The notes below the pieces were generated by a model, which saw only the letters and a list, made by a program, of their open reading frames with translations, was not told the DNA's origin and searched no databases. A DNA stretch of 64,000 nucleotides from Chrysomallon squamiferum (taxonomy: Eukaryota > Animalia > Mollusca). Position 1 is the first letter of the stretch. Every line of letters begins with the position of its first letter. The translations under genes and the position numbers were made by a program. Below, one piece after another: positions 30,569 through 43,350 of this stretch. The DNA lies in the NCBI GenBank assembly GCA_012295275.1, contig CM022675.1, positions 9,982,001 to 10,046,000 on the forward strand, in the 5' to 3' direction.

Positions 30569-30677
30569 GTCTGTCTGTCTGTCTGTCTATTTGACTATCT
30601 ATCTATCTATCTATCTATCTAATCTATCTATCTATCTGTCTGTCTATCTATATAATCTATCTGTCTATCTCTATTTG

Positions 30678-30734
<57 letters not shown>

Positions 30735-30741
30735 TTATCTA

Positions 30742-30822
<81 letters not shown>

Positions 30823-30865
30823 TTGACTATCTATCTATCTATCTATTTTACTATCTATCTATATA

Positions 30866-30898
<33 letters not shown>

Positions 30899-31025
30899 AT
30901 ATATATATATATATATATCTGTCTATCTATCTATCTATCTGTCTGTCTGTCTGTCTGTCTATTTGACTATCTATCTATCTATCTATCTATTTGACTATCT
31001 ATCTATTTTACTTTCTATCTATCTA

Positions 31026-31058
<33 letters not shown>

Positions 31059-31065
31059 ATATCTA

Positions 31066-31105
<40 letters not shown>

Positions 31106-31157
31106 TCTATCTGTCTATCTATCTATCTGTCTATCTGTCTGTCTGTCTGTCTATCTA

Positions 31158-31249
<92 letters not shown>

Positions 31250-31250
31250 C
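30410..31250. repeat. Long compound (ATCT)n/(GTCT)n tetranucleotide array
   Basis: About 840 bp seen directly. It explains the SIYL-repeat ORFs. Confidence 0.97.
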
Positions 31251-31558
31251 TGACCTTCTAGGCGAGGGGATGGGGCGGGGCGAGCGAGGAGACCTGGGTG
31301 AGCACGTGGTTGCAATCAGTCGCTGGACATCGATACGTTTTATGTAGGCCTGGCAGTGGTGGTCGTGTGCAGCGTCGTATTTCGGAATTATGTCCTTGTA
31401 TTTGGTTCGGCTTCTTTCGGTAATGATCGCGTCGTTGACGAACTCATCTTCCCGCTGCAAAAGTTCACCGGTAACAGGCGTCTTCTTACACCGGTGTCGC
31501 GTACTCAGCTTGTTGAGGCTTTTTCTACTCTGTTCCTGTGCTTTGACTTCCTATAGTT

Positions 31559-31610
<52 letters not shown>

Positions 31611-31639
31611 GTAGTAATAATAATAGTAGTTGTATAGTA

Positions 31640-31708
<69 letters not shown>

Positions 31709-31712
31709 TTAA

Positions 31713-31747
<35 letters not shown>

Positions 31748-33675
31748 TAATAATTTTTAATTAGTATGTATTATGCGAAAAACGCCATGTACTCAGTCTT
31801 TCTCAATCATTTTGCACGATTTTTTAAAAGTTACAAAATAAATAAATGAAGCGGGAGCGAATACCAATTAAACAAAGACTGTTTGGAATATACACAACCG
31901 AACCCACGTTTAATAATAAAATAATTATTAACTGAATAAGAAATAGCTGCTGCTTATTTATTTGCTTGCTTGTTTGTTTGTTTATTTAATTTAATTTAAT
32001 TATTACTGCTTTTACTACCACTGACACTACTACTACTACTACTACTATTTTACTACTACTACTACTACTACTACTACTACCACTGCCATTTCTGCTGCTA
32101 TTACTACTGCCACTATTACTGCTACCACCACTGCTACTACAATCACTACTATCACTATTATTATTATTTCTACCAGGACTACTACTACTACTACAGCTAT
32201 TACTGTCACTACCACTACTACGTTCAATATTATCACAACTGCTGCTATTACTACTACTACAGCTGCTGCTGCTACTACTACTACAAATACCACTACTAAC
32301 AGTACTACAACTCCTGCTACCACTACTGATATAATAAGAATTATTTAACTTTAGTTTGAACTATAATGAATTACTTACAGGACAATAGTATAGCATTTTT
32401 TTAAATAACTTTGAGTAAAACAGTTATTACTTATAAACAATATATAGAATATTCTGAACTGTGACAATTAATAAACTATTGAACCAAATTTTAAAACTTG
32501 ATTATTTTTCGAATGGTTTAAAAATTAATTAATAAAATGCAGCTTACCATTTTAACGCTTTTGGAATAATGCTTATAAAACAGTTATAAAATAAAATCGC
32601 TACAAAATACCGTAGTTTTAATAATAGTAGTATCGTAATTGTTGAAATGCATTGTGAAGATGGAATGTTTATATACTAGTGCAATATTAAATAATAAAAT
32701 AAAATTTAAACGTTTTTACAATAAGGTTTTGAAGAATTACGCAGTTCTCGTAATCAATGTATTTATTTTGAAATATGCAAAATTAAACGTCCGAAGAAAA
32801 TTATAAAATAGAAACATTTTCCGTGCAGTTTGAATTTTAATTAATAATATACCTAACCAAAAAATCCAGGTAATAAGACAATTATTCACTATTTATTAAT
32901 AATATGTAAAATGTTTTGAATAGTAGTAATGCTTAAATTATGGAATAGGTATGATAAAACAACAATATTTCCGAATGGTTTGGACATTAATTTAAAATAC
33001 ATGCTAATTTAAAAGCATTTTCAACAATTAAAGAAATAGAAAAGAAACAATTAAACAATTCTTACAACCAATATACAGAATATTCTGGAGTGTGCAAATT
33101 TTAAAATTATCAAAGAAAATTTTTAAAAAAGGAAATATTCTCGAAGCAGTTTCAATTTAATTATTAGTATATCTAATACCGTTCTAATGTTTTTTCAATA
33201 TTACTTATAAACAAGTAATTCACAATTTGCAAACGATATGTAAATTATTTCGTACTGTGATACGACTACAGTTATGGAACAGATTGGTTAAAGTAAATGA
33301 AAATCAAACAGTAATGGAGATTAATTTAAAATAAACCGTTCATGATATTCAAAAATATTTAAAAATAATAATAAAATAATATTAAATTTAAAAAATAATA
33401 ATAATAATAATAATAAAAAATAAAACCAATTATGCAGTACTAAAAACCAACATGTATAATATTTCGAACAGTGCTTATGCTAAAACTATCGAAACGGTAT
33501 CCTAAAAAGAGGACTCAATTTTTGTTTTGTTTTCGAGTAGTTTTTGAAGATTAATTAATTAACAATATACCTTATACCATTTTAACGCCGTTTCCACGCG
33601 ACCTCCAAGTTTTTGTCCGTATAGGTCCTCCAGCTGCTTTATATTGTAATCGTTATTGCATCTCTTTTTCGACAT
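31239..33675 (-). CDS. C17orf98/SPMAP1-related N-terminal-half module B
   Basis: CCACCATG start at 33675. Exon 33675-33571 (35 codons) splices in phase 0 to the exon beginning at 31550. Translation includes [39 protein letters not shown]. It ends either at a phase-2 donor (31255) or at the read-through stop (31239). Confidence 0.7.
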
Positions 33676-34053
33676 GGTGGCAAAATAATATAAAAATTAT
33701 TATTCAAAAAAATCTATCTCTCTCGTCGGGCTTCAGAGTTAGTGTAAAAAAAAACCTCGTTATATAATTGTAAATACTGTGTTAATCAGAAGCAGCAGCA
33801 AATCCTCACAAGACCACGCCTGGGGGCAAATTCTATTCTGCGACGTAAATTTAGCGTGCTTTTTCTTTTTTATTTACCGTGATTTGTAAATCGATAAATA
33901 TCCCTGCCATAAAGTCTGCTTATACGGGTATATTCTTGTACTTTAATAGTGTTATGTTTGTTTTTATTATAAGTGTGGGCAACACGGGGTCAGATTTAAA
34001 AAAACGGTTTATCGCGAGTGAATTAATAATTCGGCGAAAAACAAACAGTTGTA

Positions 34054-34207
34054 TGACGTCACAGCCAATCAGGAGAGACATTCCGTGTTATACGAGTTAG
34101 TGAAAAGAAAAGTGTTATCCAATCATAAGACGTTTTGTATTGAACAATTAGGGAACAGAACCATTATCCAATCAATGGACGTTACAGTAAACTGACAGTG
34201 GGCCAAT
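34054..34207 (-). promoter_or_regulatory. Putative promoter of module B: CRE plus four CCAAT boxes
   Basis: TGACGTCA at 34054-34061. CCAAT at 34065, 34119, 34168 and 34203. These lie about 0.4-0.5 kb upstream of the ATG at 33675. Confidence 0.55.
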
Positions 34208-34529
34208 GAAAACGCTCGACTCGTAAAACACTATTCTGTGTTGTTTTTTCTTTTTGACAGTCTGTGTTTTCAGATACTGGTCAACCAACCATTGAAAATT
34301 CGTTTATTTCTACAGAAAGTTCTACTGCTTCGCTTTGGGTCACACTCTAAAATAACCCGGATTACAAAATACTGTTATGTTAGTCAGAGGATATCCAGTA
34401 ACTGATGTTAGAAAATTAACAATTGTTTTCTAATGATTTCGTCCAAAAAAATTAGATGATTTTGTAAAAAATTAATCAAAGCATTCTAGCCTTCGTCTTT
34501 TTTTCGTCTTTTTTCGTCGAATGCACATA

Positions 34530-34850
34530 AAGTATTCTACTGAGGTCGTTAAACAAATATTTGACTTCCAGTAACTCATGGTAGAAAATGAATCAACATG
34601 TTCTATCAATGTCATTAAATAAATATTTCTCTTCCAATAATTCATGATAGAAAACGAATAAATGTGTTCTAGTGATGTCGTTAAACAAATGTTTGACATA
34701 CAGTAACTAATGTTAGAAAACTGATAAATATGTTTTAGTGATGTCGCTAAAGAAAAGCCGATTTTTAAGAAATTAATCAAAGTATTCTAGTGATGTCGTT
34801 ATACAAATGCTTCACTTCCAATAACTAATGACAGAAAAATAAATTAACAT
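34530..34850. repeat. Degenerate 66-bp tandem repeat
   Basis: TTCTAGTGATGTCGTTAAACAAAT..CAGTAACT..AGAAAA recurs. ORF 34472-34780 shows a 22-aa periodicity. Confidence 0.7.
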
Positions 34851-34985
34851 GGTAAAAAATAATCCTTGGACTTTATTATTAATATTTAACGAATTTGTCA
34901 CTTTCAGTTTGCTTTGTTAGTGTCAGTATGAAACATTCAGTAAAATTACTGTCCTGCAATATCGCTGACAAAAAAAACAAAAAAA

Positions 34986-35019
<34 letters not shown>

Positions 35020-35414
35020 TTTTTGTATATATAAATATAATTAGAAATTGACAGTTATAGTTCTCACCGGGATATTGTTAGTCAGAATGTACTACAATCC
35101 AGTATTTTTTGGCACTGATTTATTTATAACGCTTGCTGGCAGACATTTTGAATTAATTATAGCTAGAGTTACATTTCACCGCCTGTACTTACATTGAGGT
35201 TTTCAGCTGAGTGTTAAATATATTTGTTTAAAAACACTTTAAACCAAACTTTGTGGTTATTATTCACAGTCTCTCGACTAATTATTGTCAGTATTCAGCA
35301 CGACGCAAGTTTACTACCGGGTTTTTATACTTGATTTCTATGGGAAAATAAACTTTTATAAACTAAGTGTGATAAAAAAAAAAAAAAGAATAAAAAAATG
35401 AAGGAAACGTTTAA

Positions 35415-35456
<42 letters not shown>

Positions 35457-35463
35457 ATAAAAT

Positions 35464-35498
<35 letters not shown>

Positions 35499-35649
35499 TT
35501 TTAAGAAAAGATTTGGAGCAGGGTTATACGGGAAATAACCAATTATTATTATTACATTTATTATTATTATTATTATTATTATTACCTTCATCATCATCAC
35601 ATAGTAATTTATTATTTTTTTTTTGGTCTTTATTTAAAATTCTTGTGTA

Positions 35650-36025
35650 TTAATTTAATTTAATTTAACTTAACTTAACTTAACTTAACTTAATTTAATT
35701 TAATTTATTTTTAATTTAATTTAATTTAATTTAATTTAATTTAATTTTATTTTATTTAATTTAATTTAATTTAATTTAATTTAATTTTATTTTATTTATT
35801 TTAATTTAATTTAATTTAATTTAATTTAATTTAATTTAATTTAATTTAATTTTAATTTAATTAATTTAATTTAATTTAATTTAATTTAATTTAATTTATT
35901 TTAATTTAATTTAATTTAATTTAATTTTAATTTAATTTAATTTAATTTAATTTAATTTAATTTATTTTTAATTTAATTTAATTTAATTTAATTTAATTTA
36001 ATTTTAATTTTAATTTAATTTAATT
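35650..36025. repeat. (AATTT)n pentanucleotide array
   Basis: Seen directly, immediately next to the donor of module A. Confidence 0.95.
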
Positions 36026-36036
36026 CAATCACTCAC

Positions 36037-36294
36037 CTCGCGCAGTTGCTGTCTGGCAACAATGGCCTGAGCCGTCGGAGACATGAAATAATGTCTGGCG
36101 TATTTGTCTTTCAGCGCGTTGTACGGAGGAATGATCGGCTTTTTCCGTGGGTAGTGAAATGCGCAGGTCCGAACTGCGTCATTGACAAACAGCTTCTCCA
36201 TGCGAACTCGCTCGAACCGACACGGCAGCGGTTTGACAGTCGTCTGAACTGAATCTTTATGCCAAAGTGGGCTTCTGTAGGTTACCCAGGCCAT
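36037..36294 (-). CDS. C17orf98/SPMAP1-related N-terminal-half module A; downstream exon(s) unresolved
   Basis: Acceptor tttttcag at 36301, ATG at 36294, phase-0 donor GAG|gtgagt at 36037. Translation includes MEKLFVNDAV..RKKPIIPPYNALKDKYARHYFMS. Candidate non-coding upstream exons end near 36690 and 38371. Confidence 0.75.
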
Positions 36295-36622
36295 GACGTA
36301 CTGAAAAACAAAAACAGTTGTATTAGTTATTATTATTATTATCATCATTATTATTATTGTTCTGTATTGTTAGAAGTAATCCAAGTGTTAGTACTAATGT
36401 ACATACAGAACCATTTTTTTCCGGCATATTTGGAGCCGCATATATTATTAAACCATAAATTAAACAATGCAAATTTAGGGATGTTCTGTTTTTTGACAGT
36501 TAGGAATTAATACATTGTCTGATCTTTATTAATTCACTTAAAAAATTCTTAAAATACTTGTTGGCTAGAGAATATGCTTTTCGCTGGCAAGTTTTAGACA
36601 TGGTATTAAAATAATAATAATA

Positions 36623-36659
<37 letters not shown>

Positions 36660-36874
36660 TACATTAAAACCAACAACATACCTTGCTTACCGAAGTACCA
36701 AACTCCGAGATATAATCGAAAACGGATAAATAACGACATTATTACCTACAGGAACAGAACAGGTAAACAATTGTAATTCCCTGTAACAAAAAGAAATTAA
36801 AATATTGCCCACGTAGCTCTCATGCCTCTTTTGTTCTTTGCTGAAATTTTAACCAAATCGCTGTTTCAGGTTTC

Positions 36875-36906
<32 letters not shown>

Positions 36907-37357
36907 TGCCACATCTAGAGACGAGACTTCAAAAATCCGAGTCCATTGTTGATAGTCATGCAATCAATTCGGGTGTGCAAAGGTATTTTATTATTGTAAT
37001 CGCTTGATTTGAGTTTCGGGTTTTTAAAAAAAAAATATATTTTTTTTAATACGCTCTATAAAAGTGGGGTAGCTGATAGTGGTGGGAAGAGAAATGGTGG
37101 GGAAAATGGTAGAGGGGAGGGGGAAAATCATTAGGATAGGTTAGAAGAGGTGAGAAAAGCAGAGATTGTGCGTAATGGTAGGAAAATAAGTAAATAAATA
37201 AAATAATAAATAAATAAATAAAAAACGATAAATAAGTACATAAGTACATAAGTAAATAACTTATTGCTTATTACTAGACATACTACTATTAATACAACAG
37301 TAACACTATCTAATGCATATACTGTTTCTACCCTGCTATTACTGTCACTATTAGTGT

Positions 37358-37396
<39 letters not shown>

Positions 37397-37533
37397 AACT
37401 CCTATGACCACTGCTACCTCTGTAACTCTAATTACTACTGCTACATTTAATATTATTGTTGTTGTTGTTATTATTACTTTTATTATTATTAATATTATTG
37501 TTATTCTTATAATTATTATTATTCTTAGTATCA

Positions 37534-37598
<65 letters not shown>

Positions 37599-37901
37599 TG
37601 GAATTCTACACCTTTCCTTTTATTTATCGTTTCATGAATTGTGCCTCTCCCTTCCCATTTCCCCCCTCCCTCCTCCCCATTTCTGGGTTCGCCACTATAA
37701 TAAATACCAGAACAATTAATTGGTACATCTTTTGTTGTTAGGAATAACCGACATTTCATCGACGATTTTTATCAGAAAATCTTAATCGTTCAGTTGTTTT
37801 GAACATAAAACATAAATGACATGAATATAGTATAAAGTGTCACCACGTTATGTATCTGTTATACTTGTCTTACCCTCCGTGTGTTTGTCTGTGTGTGTGT
37901 A

Positions 37902-37970
<69 letters not shown>

Positions 37971-38199
37971 TATAGAGAGACTGTATGAGTTAATTTGTTT
38001 TTACTTACATCGTTTCGCGTGAACGATTGTTATTTGTTACGTTAAAATATTAATTACTATTGCTGCTGCTGTTACTACTACTACTACTGATTCTACTACT
38101 ACTACTGTTACTACTGCTACTACTAATACCAAGCATAAATGAACAAACTAATTAATTAATTTACAAAGAAAATAATAATAATAATCATAATAATAATAA

Positions 38200-38230
<31 letters not shown>

Positions 38231-38261
38231 AAGAAGAAGAAATAAATATATAATTAAATAA

Positions 38262-38313
<52 letters not shown>

Positions 38314-38768
38314 CTTAATTAATTAATAAACTGCAAGAATATAAATAAAAATGTATATACGCAAACTTACCAGCTATCTCTCGATATTTTCCTTTGGTGG
38401 ACAAAACTTCTTAATCCTTGTTCTGCCAAGCTTGCTAACTAAAACGGTGTCTATTTCGTTGTAATTTTTATACTAGCGACCTCAAAGGTCACGTCTACGC
38501 AAAGGCCAACAGAAAACCGCTAAACAATTGAAAAAAAATAAATCGTCTGATTTTTCTTTCTTTCTTATTGTTATTTCGCTTTTCTTTTCTTTTCTTTTTC
38601 TTTTTTTAATTTTTTTTAATTATTATTTGTGTTATTTGTAATGATTGTTCACATATATTTTCCCGATACAAACTGTGTTATACAGTCTTCGTTTGTGACG
38701 TAGACAGAAACAGTCACGTGATATATGACTTTTTTTTTTTCTTTTTTTTTGTGAACAACTTAGATTAA

Positions 38769-38836
38769 TGAATTTGTGATGTCATATTTCGTGTTAGTCT
38801 AACGAGACTAACACGAAATATGACATCATAAATTCA
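38769..38836. repeat. Near-perfect inverted repeat/hairpin (32-bp arms, 4-nt loop)
   Basis: TGAATTTGTGATGTCATATTTCGTGTTAGTCT-AACG-AGACTAACACGAAATATGACATCATAAATTCA, with a single G:T mismatch. Confidence 0.9.
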
Positions 38837-39179
38837 AATCTGGGACTGGAATAAGAATTTTTTCTGGGATGCAGAAATCAAATTATTGGAAATGTTAATA
38901 AATAACAACACAGTTCGAAAAGTTAGGAACCTACACACGATCTTTCATCCACTAACAAAAAAGAGAGTGAGAAATATATATATATAAAAGAGTGAAGAAT
39001 TTAATGATAACTCGAATATATATATATATATATCTTTTCATTTTATTATTTTTAAATTTATTTATTTATCTTGGTTAGATTTTAGTCACGTAAGGTACCA
39101 GAACAGACGCCAAATTATTGATTAATAGCAAAACATTGTTTTACTTCTCATAAACAGGAAAAAACCATATACCATGACC

Positions 39180-39250
<71 letters not shown>

Positions 39251-39734
39251 CGTTACTACTACAGACCTTCATAAACAATTTCGTCAAACATTTTACAATT
39301 TATTTAGTCTATTTGGCAAATATTTTATTTTATATTTATTTTTACTGTGTTAAGCGACTTGTCACTAAGTTGAAAAACAGGGAACATTCAGCTCCAGATT
39401 ATTTGTGAAAACCTATCATTACTGGTTTATATCTCAAAAACAGAGGAGAGATTTATAATAAGACCATCATACATTGCAAAAATTTAGTATTCTCTGCAGT
39501 TTCTATAATCGGCTCGCTGTCCCAACCTGGTTTTGTCTGTTTGAAAGAAAGAGCTATCACTAAGTCAGATATAAATCAGTTAAGCTTGAAATATGTGTGT
39601 GAAGAATATAAGAAAGAATTTTGTTAAAATCGTGGTGTGTGAAATTTTAATGGTTCAGCGAAAATGAAAATGTTACTGTAGTGTTGTATCTTAGTAAAGG
39701 CTTGTCTACCAGTTTGTTATTTTTATTGTGGTTG

Positions 39735-39798
<64 letters not shown>

Positions 39799-39859
39799 TA
39801 CTACTAGTACTAGTACTACTATTATCATTATAATCATCATTTCATTATTATGATCATCG

Positions 39860-39931
<72 letters not shown>

Positions 39932-40924
39932 AGAATGTTGTTGTTGTTGTTTTTGTGGTGGTGGTAGTTCTTTTGCAATAATAAATTGCATTTCTGTAAA
40001 GACTTCTGCCTAATGTTTTATTATTTTTATTTTTTTCGGTTTCCTTCTTTCTTTTCTCTCGTTCTTTCATTAGTTTTCTTTCGTTACTTCTGTCTTTTCT
40101 TTTCTTTCTTTCTTTGTTTCTTTCATTTATTATCTCAACAGTTTGGAACACCATCCTTTTACTTTTATTGTGTAACATTGCTCATGACTCAATTGTTTCA
40201 TTTGCTGTCAGTGTCAATCAAGCAATCAATTCTTAATATTTATTTCACTAATATCTAATTTAACAACTGTATGAAACATTCAAAATAATGTGCCATTTTT
40301 TTCTATTTCTTTTTATTTACTGTTGTTTGCAACTGTGCCATGCCGTATTTGGCGTGACCAACAGTCTTTTTGTAAAATTATTATTATTATTTGTTTTTAC
40401 CGTGTCTAATTGACATACGAAGTGTTGTGAAGTGTTTTTTGTGTGTCAAAAAAATAAAATGGGTTAGCCGTGGAACACAGAAGGAATAAAAACAACAACA
40501 ACATTGTTTAATAAAACCATGGCTACATTAATGTAGTTTGTGATCGTGATTATAATTTCACTTCTTTATTTATTTGGGCAGTTTCTGCGTGAGATATTGG
40601 CTTTGCACGCACATACACACACTTACATAAACATACATAAACATGTATGTAATAACACTTTTTTTTATTTTGAATATAATATTATTATTCCTTAGACATT
40701 TATTCATTTTGGAAACATTAACAGCAGCAGTGATAATAACAGTAGTAGTAGTAGCAGTAGTAGTAGTAATAACCGTAATAGTAGTAGTAGTAGCAGTAGC
40801 AATATTAGTAGTAGTAACAGTAGTATTTGCAGTAGTAATAATAGTTGTAGTAGTTGTACTAGTAGAGTACTAATAGTAAAAAGTGTAGTACTAACAGTAA
40901 TAGTTCTAGAATAATAATTATAAG

Positions 40925-40961
<37 letters not shown>

Positions 40962-40976
40962 GTAGTAGTAGTAGTA

Positions 40977-41025
<49 letters not shown>

Positions 41026-41822
41026 AAGAAGCAGCAGCAGAAACAGTAGTGGTTGTTGTAAACGGTAGCAGTAATATCAGTGGTAATATGATATAGAAGG
41101 TGCAGTGGTAGTTGTTGATGCTGGAAATGTAGTAGAAATGTTGATGAACCTTTTTCGATGTTAGTCTTACGTTTTGATTCTTCTTAAAAGCGGTTACGCT
41201 TTTGATCATTCATGCTCCTTGTTCTCCATTTTTTTTTTTTTTTTTTAAATCTCTTCTTTAACATTTTACATTCACAACAAAATATTGAACTTATCTCACA
41301 TCATAAAAATATTATTTTGAAGAAAAAAACAAAAACAAAAAACAAAAAACAAACAAGCACTGCGCGAACTTTGAACAAAATCGTCAGAGCAGACGTCTAA
41401 TTGAAATTCGAGTAGCACGCGGAATAATACACTCTTCATTAGTTTTTAATCCCAAAGCACACACGCAGTTTACCCAACGTGCCTTCTACAATAACGAGGG
41501 GTTAGTTTTTAATGTAGTCAGGTCTAAAAAACATCCAAAGTGAATGGTCAGAACGCAATTACTTTAATTAAATCGTGAAATACTTGAAGGCACCGACGCG
41601 CTTAATAGCAAGTTGTGTTTTGGAAAATAGTATGTTTCGTAAAGCGTCCGTGAGCGGATTTTTGTAATCCCTCCGCAAATAAAATCAATACTTGAGAACT
41701 GGGTGAACTCCCAGAATTCCATTGTGGATTCAAGGGGAGGCTACTCGCGTACGCCACTCCCTATTTTATTTTTGTCATTTTATTGTTATTATTATTGTTA
41801 TTATTATTATTAATATTAATTT

Positions 41823-41872
<50 letters not shown>

Positions 41873-42155
41873 CTTCTATTTCCGTATATGTCGTCATCGG
41901 ACAATATGAAACGTCATGCCATTTTAACAAAATGGATAATACGTCATTGAAAAGGTTTCATTTCAAGAATACCAAATAATAAAAAAAACAAAGTATACTA
42001 AAAACAAAATGCGCATTTATTTATTTATTTATTAAACCTCTATTTCCGTATATGTCGTCATCGGACAATATGAAACGTCATGCCATTGTGATAAAATTAA
42101 GGTCTCAACTTCGTAATAATTCTCTATTTCCATTTTCTAAAGGTACTACATTCCA

Positions 42156-42204
42156 ATGTTTTTCAGGTAAATAATTATCGTTATTACTCTCTCTCTCTCT
42201 CGTT

Positions 42205-42249
<45 letters not shown>

Positions 42250-42299
42250 GAGTGTGTCTGTCTTTCTCTTTCTCATTCTCTCTCAGTCTATGAAACATG

Positions 42300-42373
<74 letters not shown>

Positions 42374-43282
42374 TTTATTATATTATTTATGTATATCATT
42401 ATATTATTATTTTTATTTTACTACTACTATTACTATTTTCAGCATATACTTGATTATATTAATCTCTCTGGCTGTGTCACGTGGTCACCCTCTAGACAAA
42501 GGAACCTATGAGCTGCTGCCGGTGGATTCGAAGCGTGTTGAGAAACTGAGAGATGAAGCTTTGGTCGCCAAAGCAGAACGAATAAAACGAACGTACCCAC
42601 CTCCAGCGGGTAAGTCTTTTCTTCAACAGTGCGTGCGTGTGTGAGTGCGTGAACGTGTGAGAGTGAGTGTGAGTGTGTGTGTGTGTACGTGAGTGGGTGG
42701 CGTATGTGGGTGGCGTATGTGGGTCGGTGTGTGTGTATGTGTATATATGTATGTAAGTATATATGTATGTATAAATGTATTTATCTATGTATGTATGTAT
42801 GTACGTATGTACGTATGTATGTATGTTTGTATGTATGTGTATGTATGTATGTGTCTGTGTGTGTGTGTGTGTGTTTGTTTAGGTGTGTACGTTTAAACAC
42901 ACTTAAATAAAATAAAATAAAATAAAAAACAGAAACAAACAGATTTTCTTAGATTTCAGTTTTATAAAGGTGTTGGTCGTTTACTGATATGATGAATGAT
43001 GGATTTTCTTTTTATTAATTTAATATAATATAATATAATATAATTTAATTTAATTTTTGCAGGCCAGGATGAAGATGAGGATGAAGAGGATGACGAAGAT
43101 GATGATGATGAACTTTTTGAAGTTGATAATTCAGACCGTAATGGCCGAGTTGACTGGCCTGTGGTGCCGGATGGTAAGAAATTTATTATTATTATTATTA
43201 TTCTAGATCTTTTTCTTACACACACATACACACAGAGAGAGAACAAGACAGATGTTAAATGGCAAAGAGATAGTGACAAAGA

Positions 43283-43350
<68 letters not shown>

